Below are positions 37,641 to 50,338 of a stretch of 64,000 nucleotides of DNA, piece by piece. The DNA is from Octopus sinensis (Eukaryota). The notes below the pieces were generated by a model. The model saw only the letters and a program-made list of their open reading frames with translations, was not told the origin of the DNA and did no database searches. The stretch's first letter is position 1. The number at the start of each line of letters is the position of its first letter. Made by a program: the position numbers and the translations under genes. Where the stretch lies: positions 58,534 through 122,533 of the forward strand of contig NW_021832425.1 of the NCBI RefSeq assembly GCF_006345805.1. Reading direction: 5' to 3'.

Positions 37641-37808
37641 AAACAATTTTCAAAACAATTTTCAAAACAATTTTCAAAACAATTTTCAAAACAATTTTCA
37701 AAACAATTTTCAAAACAATTTTCAAAACAATTTTCAAAACAATTTTCAAAACAATTTTCATAACAATTTTCATAACAATTTTCAAAACAATTTTCAAAAC
37801 AATTTTCA
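37641..37808. repeat. 12-bp tandem array (aaaacaattttc), about 14 copies
   Basis: Read directly from the sequence. Confidence 0.95.
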
Positions 37809-37809
37809 T

Positions 37810-38089
37810 AACACTATTCTACACTACGACCACGTGACCGGTAGATATCAAGATTGACAACCTGAATGTGGCTTTCAAAAAATACAACCTTTTCAGTAAA
37901 ATCTTCAGCGAGCCCATTTAATGACAGCCCCGATACCCTCTTGAATAAAAATTCCTCCGCCAATTCAACATTATTTTTAACTAATTCAAGTTTTCTCGAA
38001 GCAAAAAACTAAACTAAAAAACTACAAAAAATACGGCCACAACATTTCGGACATCGCTTAACAAAAATTCGAGTGCGTTGGGATGCGAA
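37810..38089 (-). pseudogene. RIOK3: RIOK3 3'-terminal fragment
   Basis: HPNALEFLLSDVRNV..EEFLFKRVSGLSL..DIYRSRGRSVE*. It overlaps copy A sequence 25035-25071. Confidence 0.75.
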
Positions 38090-38289
38090 TTGGCGAGTTC
38101 ACTTTTTCATAAGACGAATGAACAAGCCAAAGGGGGAGTTCATCCTCGGTGATTACTCTTGAAGGAATATTGTCACGTTTGTCCATTTGTTCACGCTGGG
38201 AGTCCAGTCCATGACCACATTAACATAGCATTGATGGCTTCATCGTCGTGGATAGAATCAGCGTCCATAACCTCATCTCCGTCCTGATC
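38088..38289 (-). pseudogene. Captured fragment of the SMARCA gene (copy of about 61124-61350, with an internal deletion)
   Basis: Near-identical nucleotide match, with only a few substitutions. Confidence 0.92.
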
Positions 38290-38519
38290 AAACTTCCAGT
38301 GAATAATTCGTCGCCATTTCGACCTCTCCAAGTAATATCCACTGAAAAAAGCAACAAATTTAATACTAATTGTTATTTTATTGTAAAAAAAGAGACATTT
38401 CTCTAATATTAGTCAACATTAATATTAGAAATTAAGATTCTCCAATTGCCGCAGTTACCTCGAAAGTTTGCTATCAATACCCTCTGGTACAGCCTTTGAA
38501 AAGGGTCGATAGTCCAGTA

Positions 38520-39930
38520 GTTCTTTGGAAAGCATTCGAAAACAATGGTTTTTGGGGACCTGAATGCCAACGCACCTAGACCTTTGTTTCAGGGTAACCA
38601 ACGCGCATGGTTTGGCTCTGAATTCGCTGGTTGAAGAACCTCGGGCTGGAAGTCAGATCTTCAAGTGAGCCAAACCACATCGACTCGCGACAAGGACGAG
38701 ACTGGCTAGGGCTTGTTCTGGTCAGCCCTGGAATGCTAAGTTGGGTTAGTAAAACAATTTTATTGCCCGATATTGGGAGCGACCATCTGCCTATATTGCA
38801 CGAACTCCGGGAGCCAGTTTCTCAAAGGGTTCTGGGATACTTTGACCTCAATCGGGTTCTTGGGCCAACCTGGAGAAGTTCATGGCCTGCAATTTCTGAA
38901 GCGAAGATTCTGGCAGCGATCTCCAGAAGTAAGAACACCGCGGCGGATCTGAATCGAATCCTTATGGCCATCTTCAAGAAGGCCCCGCCGTGGTTGATCA
39001 CCACCTTACAGGTCTTGTTTAGCGGGAGCTTGCGACTTGGGATGATTCCCTCTTGGTGGAAAGTAACTGAGGTAATCCTTATCGGAAAACCCGGATGCCT
39101 CATAATGTCCCCCGGGATACAGGCCGATTTCCTTCCTTCCCTGTATCTAAAATTTTAGATAGGATTATGCACCTGGAGGAGCTGACGGTGGTGGATGCCA
39201 TCCCCGAGTTCCAGTGGGGCTTCAGGAGAATCGTTTGTGCGGCAACTGTTTGTGGAAGGTGTCCTCAAAAATAAAGTGCGCCATCCAGAAAAAAGAGTGC
39301 CGTATATTAGTTAGTCTTGACACAAAAAAGGACTTCGACTCGGTGTGGCACGACGGCCTCCAGAGCTTCCTCGCCACATGTGGGGTTTATCCGTGTCTAA
39401 GGCGCCGGCTATCGGGGTTCCTTGAATCTCGCGGACAGGTCGTACGGCACCATGGGATCTTTTCTAAAGTCGCAACAGTCCTTCGCGGGGTCCCTCAGGC
39501 TCTGTGCTGAGTCCCACACTTTTTAATGTCTTTATGGCTTCTGCGCCCATGCCAGTCAATGTTCGTACTGATATGGTGATCTATGTAGACATCATCTTCT
39601 GGGATCACTCGATGAAATCTGAGTGTACTTGTCGTAGGCTGCAGGTTGCTGTGGATGGACTCGTAAACTGGTGTGGGAGTAGGAATATAAAGATGCGTGC
39701 GGACAAGTGCAGTGTCCTCAAAGTTTGTAAAAGGACGAGGGTTTACACTAATTACGTCCCTAGGTTATTGCTGAACGGGTCAGCAATCGCTTGGATTTTC
39801 AGAGGTCCTGGCAAAGATATCGAGCTTTTCAGTGATCTTCTTTAGTGTACGACCGTTCTAATTACGAAGTACGTTGACGAGGACCGGGAGAAGTACGTTG
39901 ACGCGCTCAAGGAAGTCAGAAGTTTGTTTT
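38520..39930 (+). mobile_element. APE-type LINE relic, same family as 1-660
   Basis: GDLNA, GSDHLPI, KKDFDSVWHDGL, GVPQ and LSPTLFN. Confidence 0.87.
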
Positions 39931-41203
39931 TATTTTCAAACAAAGCATGTCGAGTCGTATCTGGACTGACAACATCCATCTACCGACTTTTCTAAAATAT
40001 TAGAAAAATACAAAATTACTCTTAACATCGTAGCCTGTAATAAAAGAGATTCATTAATGCTTTTACTATTTGTTATGGTAAAGGGTCTAGGAAGATTCTA
40101 ATATGTTGATAATGACTTTACAATTAATTCAGGGATCAAAATTATGGAAAAAATCTATCCCTTTGTCATCAGGATAAGAGGTCGTGAGATAAAACTTCAC
40201 GAAACGTTCAGAACTTTGGTATTATTATTAAGAGCCTTTTCTGATTGACTTGGCAATGTTAGCATTACCAGGTTTCTCCAATAGGCCGGAAACGCACTTT
40301 ATTAAGAAAGAGAGAGTTAACAAATCGAGTGAATTCAACTGTGTGAGTCCAAAGAAGACATCCGGTTCCGAAGTGAGAATCACTGATGACGGCGTCACTC
40401 GTCAAACCCTGGGTGCATATCAAATGCATGGAACCTTCACCTTCAGTCGGAATGATGTCAGCGAGATTCGAACACGAGAGCGTCGATTGGTACTCAGACA
40501 CGTCAAGAACTTGTGGTAAAGATATATAAAATATGGAATCCTTCCTCCCTCTTGAAAAGCAATACAAAATAGTGTCTAACATGCCGTTTGATTTGAATTT
40601 TGACAAAATCCAATCCGTTTCTGTATTTATAACTAGCTAAACAGAATAACTTGATTTTACTGATTGTTTTAATAGCTTCAGTGAAGTCAGGGCAAAGTAA
40701 ATTTGCTTTATCTTCCCTTCCCAGCTCTGAATGCCTCTATAATGGCTAGATTCTGTTCCGATATAAGACAATCATGTTTTGCAGGATTTTTTATGTTTAG
40801 CAATTGAAATAAAAAAATAGATTGAAGATCCGGCACTTAATTCGCAATAAAGACAATGATTAAAAAGAATACATTTTCATTAATATATAAATAAATTGAA
40901 CTCTTGTTCTTGAATGAAATTCATTTTAAAAATTCACTCTTTTTCACGGATAAATGTTTTAGTTAATTTTTTAACTTCATGGTGTTTCATATTATTAGCT
41001 ATATTCCCAATTATAAACAGTTAATTAGACAAAAATTCGGAAGCCGTTTAAACAGTCCCTAAAACTAATGATAAAAATATTTTATTTGATCATTTAAAAG
41101 TTTTATTTTACATTACATTGTTTAAAGATAAAAAACGAAGCTCTAAATAAACATGGAAAATAATTTGATAAAAAAATATATTAATTAAATCCCAACAAAA
41201 TAA

Positions 41204-42147
41204 CTAAAATTTTTTATAAATAAATGGAATTCCAATCCATGTCGATTCTCTATATTTTATATATTTCGAGCCAAACAAAGATATCAAAAGTTTTTCCTCT
41301 CTGGTAATTCGTGCTTTAAGTAAGTACAGACCATGAAAAAAAGACGCTAAGATAAAAAATATATTACCAAGCATAATCTAAACTTAAAAATAATATTAAA
41401 ATACCTGTGTTCCTAAAAGGAAATAAAATAAACCAACATAAGAAGGATGTCGAAAATATTTATAAACTCCATTTTTTATCAGTACGTGATCATCCCGGTG
41501 TATCTCCTCGAGCTTATAACTGAAATTACTTCCGAGGGTCAAAATGGAGAGTTTCCGTAAAATATCCCCTAATACACCGAGGACTAGTCCAAATACAGAA
41601 ATGATCCAAATATATTGTTTAGATTCTATTAAATGTTAACAAATACAAAAACCTGGATATAAAAAAACCGTGATTAAATTTTCAAAAATTGCAAATCCCA
41701 TATAGAGGAAATAAAATTTATTTTCAATATAAAAAGCATTCGTTGACAAGTCCCGTATGTTTCCAATGTTTGCAACAGATAATTCTAAGAAATGATATAA
41801 ACTTGTTTGAATCAAAAATGCACCCAACACTCTATTGTTGGCCAAAATAACACAAGAAATACTCCACCTGATAAAACTACGCCAAAAACTGTAGAGCTCA
41901 CCAAATCTAAAAAATGTATTAAGTTTTTACATATTTATAGTCATTATAAGTTATTTCAAGTGTTTCTTTAAAAAGAAGGGATGTTAGAAGTATAAGAAAA
42001 ATAAATGTAATTTGGAAATATATATTTGTAAAGTATAAAATCGGCAGCATTAAGAGCTGATTGAATAATAAACAGCTGAGAAAATCAAGCAGTTTTTTCG
42101 TTGATTTTTCTATTTATTATTCAAATATAAAAAACTTCTGAATTCAT
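41204..42147 (-). pseudogene. ICMT: Diverged ICMT paralog with several 1-bp frameshifts (pseudogene or read errors)
   Basis: Collinear with 16997-17933 and with the same intron positions; the upstream flank is also duplicated (to about 42260). Confidence 0.82.
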
Positions 42148-42329
42148 TTTAAGTAATGCCAGGTATTTGTTTTCAGCTAAAGCGACCTAAAATGAATTTA
42201 TTTAAATGTATTTTTAGAAAATTTAATCCATATAAGAATAAAAAATAATTTTTACTAATTAATTTTTTTTTTTTTAAAAAAACCAATGTTTAATAATAAT
42301 TAATTATGTAAATTCTATCTTAAATTATT

Positions 42330-45300
42330 TAAGAATCCAGATCGTCAGTGATTTCTCTTCTTCGCTTGGAAGAAGAGTTTGCAACAAAATTCTCATCATT
42401 TTCCATTTCTGCGTCAAAGTAATTGTTCAACTGAGTGTCCTCACGACATGCCAGCTCCGCAAGTTGATTGGCGGCAGAGGCGTACTCCTCGTTGTCTACC
42501 TTCATCCCATGTCTGTGTTCAATAAGCATACTCTCTAGAGTCCTCTTCAGCACAACCGACTGGATGTATGTCCTCGTTCCTTCTTCAATGGATAATTTGT
42601 CCATATGACTTTTAAAGAACTTTGAGACAACTCCATCCCATGTCAAGACAATTGGAATAATCTTCACTTTTGCTTCATAGAGAACCGACAGTTCGTTTGC
42701 AAGCAGTCATATTTGTGAAATTTCTCCACTTCAACTTGCTTTAAACGGTCTTGCGAGGTAACTCCCACTTCGATTAAATGAATTTCTCTTTCCTCTTGTC
42801 ATAACGAAGATATCAGGTTTATTGAATTGAACCTTTGTTTCAGTCATAATTGAAGTGTCAACTCTGATTTCGACATTTGGGTCGACATTGTTGACACGAC
42901 TGAATGGCCTTTCAATTTCCTGCTTCGTTTTATTCCATACATTCGACACAAGTGGAGATGAATACACTTTACCACTTCGTTGTGTCTTCGGAGATAATCA
43001 CTGTTTAGCATCCTACCACACCCGCGTGGCTAGATGGTCAACAGTCTGCCTGCTTTTTTGCAGTGGACGCATAGTGATCCCGTGTATGCAAAGAACAAAT
43101 TCCTATCTTGCAAAAGACAGTACACATGCTTCGCTTCGTGGACCATTGTTCCCTTTCGATAGCCATTGCGAAGAAGTAGATATGTCGACATCTGATTCCT
43201 CCATACATTTGAACATCACCGAGTGTAGTGATTTACTGTTAATTCGGTTAAGCAAGAGTTTCCTTTGTGCGTCCTTCAGTAACTCAATGGTCAGATTTTC
43301 CCTGCCGACAGCTGCATATTTGGAGACAAGAAATTCTGCGATTGTGGCTAAGTGCCATTTTTTTCCTTTTATTACTCGCAGAATACCCGACCTCCGCAGA
43401 CAGGTAGTCGACTGTTTTTCCAAACTTTTAAGAAACTGGAAGAGCATTAATTCGCTTTTGAAAGAAATTGAGGCAAGTCCTCTTCCAAGGTCTTGCGGTC
43501 CAAATACAACCTCTCCTTATTTGCAGGCTGGAGTTGTAACTTGAGAGTCGTAAGTAATCGGCGTATTTGTTGGTCAATCTCATCAAATTCGTAGGTTCAA
43601 TATTGATTAGCCCAATATAATAATTATATAGGGATAATGCATATTCATTGATTCCACGAACAAATTTACAGCATTCAGGTTTGTTTTTGACAACATAGTT
43701 ATCCTCTTCTTGACATTCTCCAATATGGAGTCCATAACTTTATTCTTGAGAACATTACTTCCGCCATCTTCAAGTACACCCAAGTAGCGATATCCGTTGA
43801 TTCCATCGACAGTCTCACACAGCATGATAAAGATTCCACATTAGATGCTGATTTTTCGGAATTCATCTCTAGGCCGACACTTTCAAAAAATCCATTAACA
43901 GCCTCCATCATTTTGACTAACACTCTTCTTTGAGGGCAACTATTTTCAGATCGTCAATAAAGAAGAAATGATTGGTGGAGTATGTCAACATATTGGGATC
44001 TTCCCGACTAATTTCGAGTTTGGGAAACATGGAGTTAAGCATCCTGCTTAGGGGATCCATCGCCATAACGAATAGCAGCGGGGACAATGAATCTCCTTGG
44101 AGTATTCCCCGGCTTAACTTTACTTTCCCAATTCTTTTCCCATCGATATGTAAGTTTACTGTCCACTTCTTGACTATGCTCTTTACAAAGCTGACAATCC
44201 AATGTGGTATTCCAGAGCAATCCAATACGTGGAACAAGAACTCGTGATCAACTGAGTCAAATGCCTTCTTCACATCGACCCAAGCAGAATAGAGGCCATT
44301 TCCATACTCTTATTTAAGCATTGATTAATGAGGGCTTGCTCTTTGGCGCCTTGACATTGCTTCCTCCTCGTCCCAAGCTGATTATCTGAGATTAAGCCAA
44401 ATGCCTCGATGAAATCGGCCAGTTTGGCATTAACACATTTGGTGACAAGTTTATACAAAGTTGGCATACACGTTATAGGGCGTAAGTCCTTCGGGGTCTC
44501 ACACTCACTTTTTTTAGGGATCAAGTAAGTTACGCCAGTGTAAAACCAGCTATCAGGCGTGTACTCTCCCATTAATTATTCGGACTATCTCTTTACACAG
44601 AAACCCATGCAAAGAATCCATCTTCTTTAGAAAAAGTTATACGTTCCGTCGCATCCGCATGCCTTCCAGTCAGGTGCATATTTGAGCATATCCATAATAA
44701 AATCACTTGTGATTGAGGTCGCATGGTTCATCACACCGCCAGTACACCTCACACCCACAAATCATAAACTACGGGCCCCATATTTTTCTTGCTCCAGACA
44801 TCTTCCCAAAATGATAAGCACTCACCATCACCAAACCCATACAGGGTGGCTTCGTTGCTCGAAGATAAGTTTCGATAAAATCTTCTGCGGTTTAATTCAA
44901 AACACGCATTGTCTTTCCGGAAATTTTTCCTCGAGGAATGGATAGATATCTGTTTCTTTTGATTCTAATTAGATCATTCAATAGAGTCTCAATTCTGGTT
45001 AGCTCCCCCTTCTTAGACTTCTTATATCCGTAGCGACAGAGAACATCCATTGCCTTTTGCTTTTCTGCCTGAGGCAAGGTTTTTTGGAGAAGGAACGAAC
45101 TGTGTCAATTTCATCTGCTAATTTAGAGATTTTTCTTTCCGTGTTTTCCCCAACCATGTGCTCTGTGGTCTGGCTCTCGTAGTTAAGGCCAAATAAGCAC
45201 ACTGTGCAGCATATAGAATATCGGTAATTTGATTAATATCTTGGGGCGGATCATCTTTTGTAATATGATAAATTGCAGAATTTAATCCAGCAGGATATCA

Positions 45301-45840
45301 GTTTTTACCATCCTTCGTTGCACCTTTGGAGTTGGCTTTCGAGAGTCTCTCTGAATAGACTGAACTTTCCCAATTTGGAATTTGAGTTCCTCTAGGCAAT
45401 TTCTGAAACTGGAAATTTCTACGTCCACATCATCTTGCACTCTGGAAGAGTCGCATCTCCCTTGCACATTGTTATTCCGTCTAGCCATGCTCTTTAGTTG
45501 GCATAACTAGAGCACTTTGCCGAGTACTTCTCATTGAACTTCTCCAGGACAAGGTTCCAACCACCTCTTGGCATCCTTCCAAGTCTTTGCTTCGCGGCAA
45601 GGGCAATCTGAGACACCCATTCGCCTTCAGAGACACCATTGACATTTCCGATGATCGCAGAAAGAGAATGCAAGTTAGTTTTGGCAGCATCACCAACCAG
45701 ATCTTCTTTAACACCATTAGCTCTTGTGGCATTGTGAGGTCCCATAGGCGACGGTCCTGTCTTTTTTAAGTTCTTTTTATTTGCAGGAAGCCCGTAGGTT
45801 TCGTTTTCCTTAACTGCTTGGAAACGTACATGCACCACAC
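42330..45840 (-). mobile_element. Near-full-length R4-like non-LTR retrotransposon (RT, CCHC finger, REL), multiply frameshifted
   Basis: DLRPITC, KKAFDSVDH, GILQGDSLSPLLF, FIDDLK, C..C..VDHLATRC, RHNEV, KPDI and IVLTWDG. Confidence 0.92.
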
Positions 45841-46876
45841 CACAACAACTAAAATCAATTTAATTTTTCATTTAGATTTAAAATAACTGTATTGCTTCAA
45901 CGTAATTTGCTTATCAATTTTTTTCCTTCTTAACCAAATTTAAAATAATGTACCAAAATCAATTACGAGTCCAAATGCGACATTAAGTTAATAAACCAGC
46001 GTCTCTAGTTCGCCATCCCCCTCTGAAATTTAAAGGAATGCGGCACAAAGAAAACCGACAGACCTCTTAGGGTCACACCAGCAGTTAAGGAGTAAGCTAA
46101 TTTTATCAGATTTTCTTATGCCGGTGAGATTTTGCAATTCAGGACGACGTACGTTACTGTGTGTCATCCGTTATGGCAGATTGGACACAAATCGACCTTC
46201 TTATCCAGTTTGTTTTGATAGTCAAAGAGTAAAGGGTGCTGTCCACAGTGAAATCTTGCGAGTTCGACCCGATCTTTGCGGCCGAGTTCCTTTTCAGCTG
46301 AATTTATTTTTTGGCGGTTGTTGAGGATATTGTTTACGGTTAATGCGTTCTTTCATTGTCGCTAACATACTTGGGAACGTACTTCAAAGTGATGAAAAAA
46401 AGTCTTGCTATCCGAATTTACTGGAAAGAGAAAACAAAAAAGACCAAAATAAGTTGGACATCACAGGTCGTTAAAATAGCCTGACATAATTTTTGGAGAT
46501 TGTAGAGCTAGTTGATAACACGGATTCGTAGAGGAATTTGATCAATATAATTGCTAATAGCCGGAATCGGCTGAATATAGCTTAACTTAACTTATAGATA
46601 ACAAATTAAAAAATATATTAAATGAAAGACAGAAGGCAATTAAATACTAGCCGCAGAAAAATTGAGAAACTGTTCTCTCTAAGAACTGCTATTAATACAC
46701 GCTCAAGAAGCCGATTGAGATTTAATTTGTTAAGAATAATATTTCTAAAAATATTGTATTTTTTGTATAAATATATATTAAATTTTAAAAATTAATAGTA
46801 TTTAATTCAGAGGAATATTTGCTGGTAAATACTCTTGTTGTTTTTATCATGACATTCTTTACTAGAGAATAAATTG

Positions 46877-49800
46877 ATGGCTCATGGTCTCTACATAGAC
46901 ATCATCAGAAAATTCGATACTGAAATTTTACTCTCAGCTGTATTCTTATATCTCTACATTTATTGGTTATTTTACTTAAATATAATCTAGGAGACTAATC
47001 TTATTCTCAGTGGTTTACGGCATTTGTTTCGGGTTCTGCCTTTACCTTGTTTTTCAAAAGTATTATTTTTATAAAATAAAAAACTCAGATACTACAAGAA
47101 TATAAACCAATTTATTCTCAGAAAGATCAAACATTTAGTAATTAATTACACAGGCTGATTCCTTAGTTTTACACGCCTTTCTCTCGCTACCGAACTCGTG
47201 TGTGCACTCTCTGTGAGGAGAGGGACTGTGCCAATATAAGGCTTGATATTATATATATAATATAGAAATAAGTTTTCTATACTTTTGGGCTTTCAACATG
47301 CCGATAATAAAATATCAGCCCACATCGACGAAGCACTGCAGGAAGTTTTCATATTGATAATCATGTTTAGTTTTGTGATGAAATTATTGCCTCTTCTGTC
47401 GACTGGTGGTACAAGTTAGTACTAATTCCATTATTCCAGAAACGTGGGACAAAACAGGGAATTTCCCCGCGAAGTAAAAACATGCCTTCGATGTCTTTTG
47501 GCTGTTATTTATGAACGAGTAAACCAGGTTAGCTCAGCCTATGTAGCCACTGTACAGTTTTAGTGGCAGAAATGTCTATTTTAACTATATTTTAGCAGTA
47601 AATTGTTGTATTTAATTTTTCTCGGTACATTTAAACTGTTTTTAGATATCAGTGCGTGTGTTGCTGAGAAAACAGATAATTCCTGCAGTAGTAAATCACA
47701 TTTGTCTCTATAAACGGGCAGTAGAAAGTAATGTTGGATATATTACAGTGTAGACAATACTGGTGGGAGTATAGAACGACAATTTTTTAATTTGGAGGGA
47801 CAAGAATTGCACGTTTCTACATATAAACGCACTTCGGAGCTGAAATATATTGAAATGGTAACAAAGCGTCTTCTTGTTTTTCTTCTCCCCACAAATACTC
47901 ATAATTGTGATGTGCTGCACTGTCTTCTCAGTCATATTCTGTCCATATTTGTGCTTATTCCTGCAATGGATATAATCTCTGACCCCGTTTAGGATTTTTT
48001 GGTAAATTTGTAGGACTTTATAAACATGTTGGTGGTTCTTGCATTGAGTAAGGAGGAGGTTGAGACTAAGGTATTTGAGGAAAGACCGGAAAGAGAGATT
48101 TTGATTAATTTTGTAAACTTTGATACAAAGAAGGGACTTTCACTTAATGAAATCATGGCTGATAAAATATTAGAGGATGCTTTTGCACATTTTCTTGAGG
48201 AACAGTCAGTCCCCATTCTTGAACTGTTCACACAAATAGGTAACAATTAAATAGATTACGAATAATTAGCTAATCGAATTCATTAACATAATTAAGTAAA
48301 TTAGTTCATAAGATTATTTATGTTTAGAACGATTAATTGAAAAATTGCTTGATCCTGATTTTACAGCGGTGGAAGAGATTAAATTCATTGCCCAGGATTT
48401 TTACCAAAAATTCTTTTTGCATGAATCTGACAAATTTCTTCTACTAACAATTAAATACAAACAAAAACTGGAAAACGGTAAGTCATTTTGTCCAATTAAC
48501 AATATTAGCAATATTTTCAACAGACATAACCAAGCTCAGGTGTACTGCGGCATTGTTTGAGTATTCTCCGTGGTTACTGTGGTAGACTAAGAGACCACTG
48601 CTATGATTTGCTGGAGACTATTTTTGTACCAGTATTCCGTCAGAGTGTGATGGTGATGTGTTTTTATAATCGGAAATAGTACTACCAGGCTGTCTACTAC
48701 GTGAAACCTCGGATTCTGACAGAAATGAACTCCAAGCAGTAGATTCTTTAATTTATTCTAGAAAAGGACGAAATTTCCGTAAAAACGTGTTAAAAATAAC
48801 CAACAAGTTCATGAACCTTTTCCGACTTCCAAAAAGTGTTATTTTGTTATTATTGCAGTTGGGAATGAGGAATCTCCCGATGGAGGGTCAGTGGTAGGAC
48901 TTTGGGGTGATTGGTAGTTCTCGGACTCACTTACGGACTTTGACATGATCAGTGGAGAGCACGTGGACGGAGAGGCCTCCCCGAGTGAAGGAAGCACGGA
49001 TTTACATGACATGAGCAAATGGAAGGTCAACATCAATAAAATTGTGCCTATTGAAGAGCCAGCCAAAACAAGCGACATTTTACTCAATAAATTCAAAAAC
49101 AAACAAAAAAGTGCGTTTTTGATGGAGTCCTTCCGAGAGGACTATCCATGTGAGTTTGTCTTTATATTTGTGAATTAGCTCAAAAACATTTTGTTGTTCG
49201 GAAGCACACGGACTTTTATTTGTTGGCTCAAAAATTAAAGGACTTTCACGGTTTTTTAGACTTTTAAAAAATTCCAGGAGATTTGGAGATTTTTCAAAAT
49301 TTGCCCAAAAAAGGTTTTTCCGTGAAATTACAGGATTTCCTGGAGGCGAACGTGAAGGAATTTGAATCCTTTATTCGGGTTAAGTAAGTTGTGGCATTGC
49401 AGACATTGCACGGAACGCCGCGACTGCGGACGAGCGAACTACTCCACAGCTTCATGGCATCCCCTATGTTCCCCGTCGAAATGGGAGGGGACTCTAAATT
49501 TGGGGACATCATTAAACGTGTCCCTCGGAAATTGGTTCGGGAGAAGGGACAAAACCTCGAAGGCTTCACACAACTACTTGTAAGTTCCACGGAATCTCCG
49601 AAGAGTCGTCCCTCACAAAATGTGCAAAAGACAGTCAATGCTGAGCAATCGTTCAACAACAAGGTTCTGATTTGTCGACCAATCATAGCTGTTTGTCCCT
49701 CTCTACAAGAACTTGGCCAATCGAGTTGATTCTGTTCATGTTAAATGTCAAAGTGAAGCTGATGAGAATAATGTTCATCTTGTCGACTGTTTGCTGTATC

Positions 49801-50338
49801 TTGGTTTGTTTGTGTGTTGAATAAGTTTAGTGGGTGTGGGGAAGCATTCTCCGGGTAGATTATTTATGGTTGTTCTTCATTTTGTGAGGACATATTTCTA
49901 CATGTTGGTCGACGGGGTGTTTGATTTGTACTTGGAATACAAAATATCCACGTTTTTCGTGGAACATAGGATAACTCCGATTATTAGGAGTCTGAAGGGT
50001 GTTGAGAAAGTGACTTATTTGTAGATAAGGTTTTTGGTCGGACGAAGGGGAGTGGTACTCAGAGGCGGAGGAATCGTGAAGATGCGTTTAATTTGCTTCG
50101 AAACGACTTAATTCCGGGTTGTGTTTTTGTGCCTTATTTGAAGAGTCGATGATGTCTTTTATCGGGGATGAGTCGTATAAGGAAATTGTTACTACTTTTT
50201 TGGATACATTTCAACATCCGATTTTGAATAAACATGTTTGTGGTTGTTGTTTGAGTGTAGATTTCATATGTTCTACTTGATTTGATAATCAATGAATTGT
50301 TTCCAGAAATACAAGCCACCAATGTTAATTGCAGTTGA
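46877..50338 (+). CDS. SNX14: Sorting nexin-14 (TM, PXA, RGS, PX, PXC domains), about 20 introns; at least one apparent 1-bp indel near 47010
   Basis: CTLCEERDC, DWWY, ELKYI..LLP..C..DIISDP|D, WKVNI, DFYLLAQKLKDFHG, GDIIKRVPRKLVREKGQNLE and FQHPILNKH|ISYVLLDLIINELFPE. Micro-introns include 46966-90, 47345-70, 47987-48013, 49150-78, 49251-77, 49379-402, 49664-88, 49804-30, 49999-50024, 50118-43 and 50236-60. Confidence 0.92.

Noticed and set aside
40380-40440. Hammerhead ribozyme (CTGATGA plus hairpin); related sequence at 53760-53820
   Set aside because: There is no GAAA core, and the second copy has CTGTTGA.
46000-46110. HDV-like ribozyme at the 5' end of the R4-like LINE
   Set aside because: Only partial P2/P3 pairing, with no P1.1 GG; an Infernal search would be needed.
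47090-47270. Solo LTR-like GC island with a TATATA run
   Set aside because: It encodes the SNX14 CxxC segment, flanked by micro-introns.
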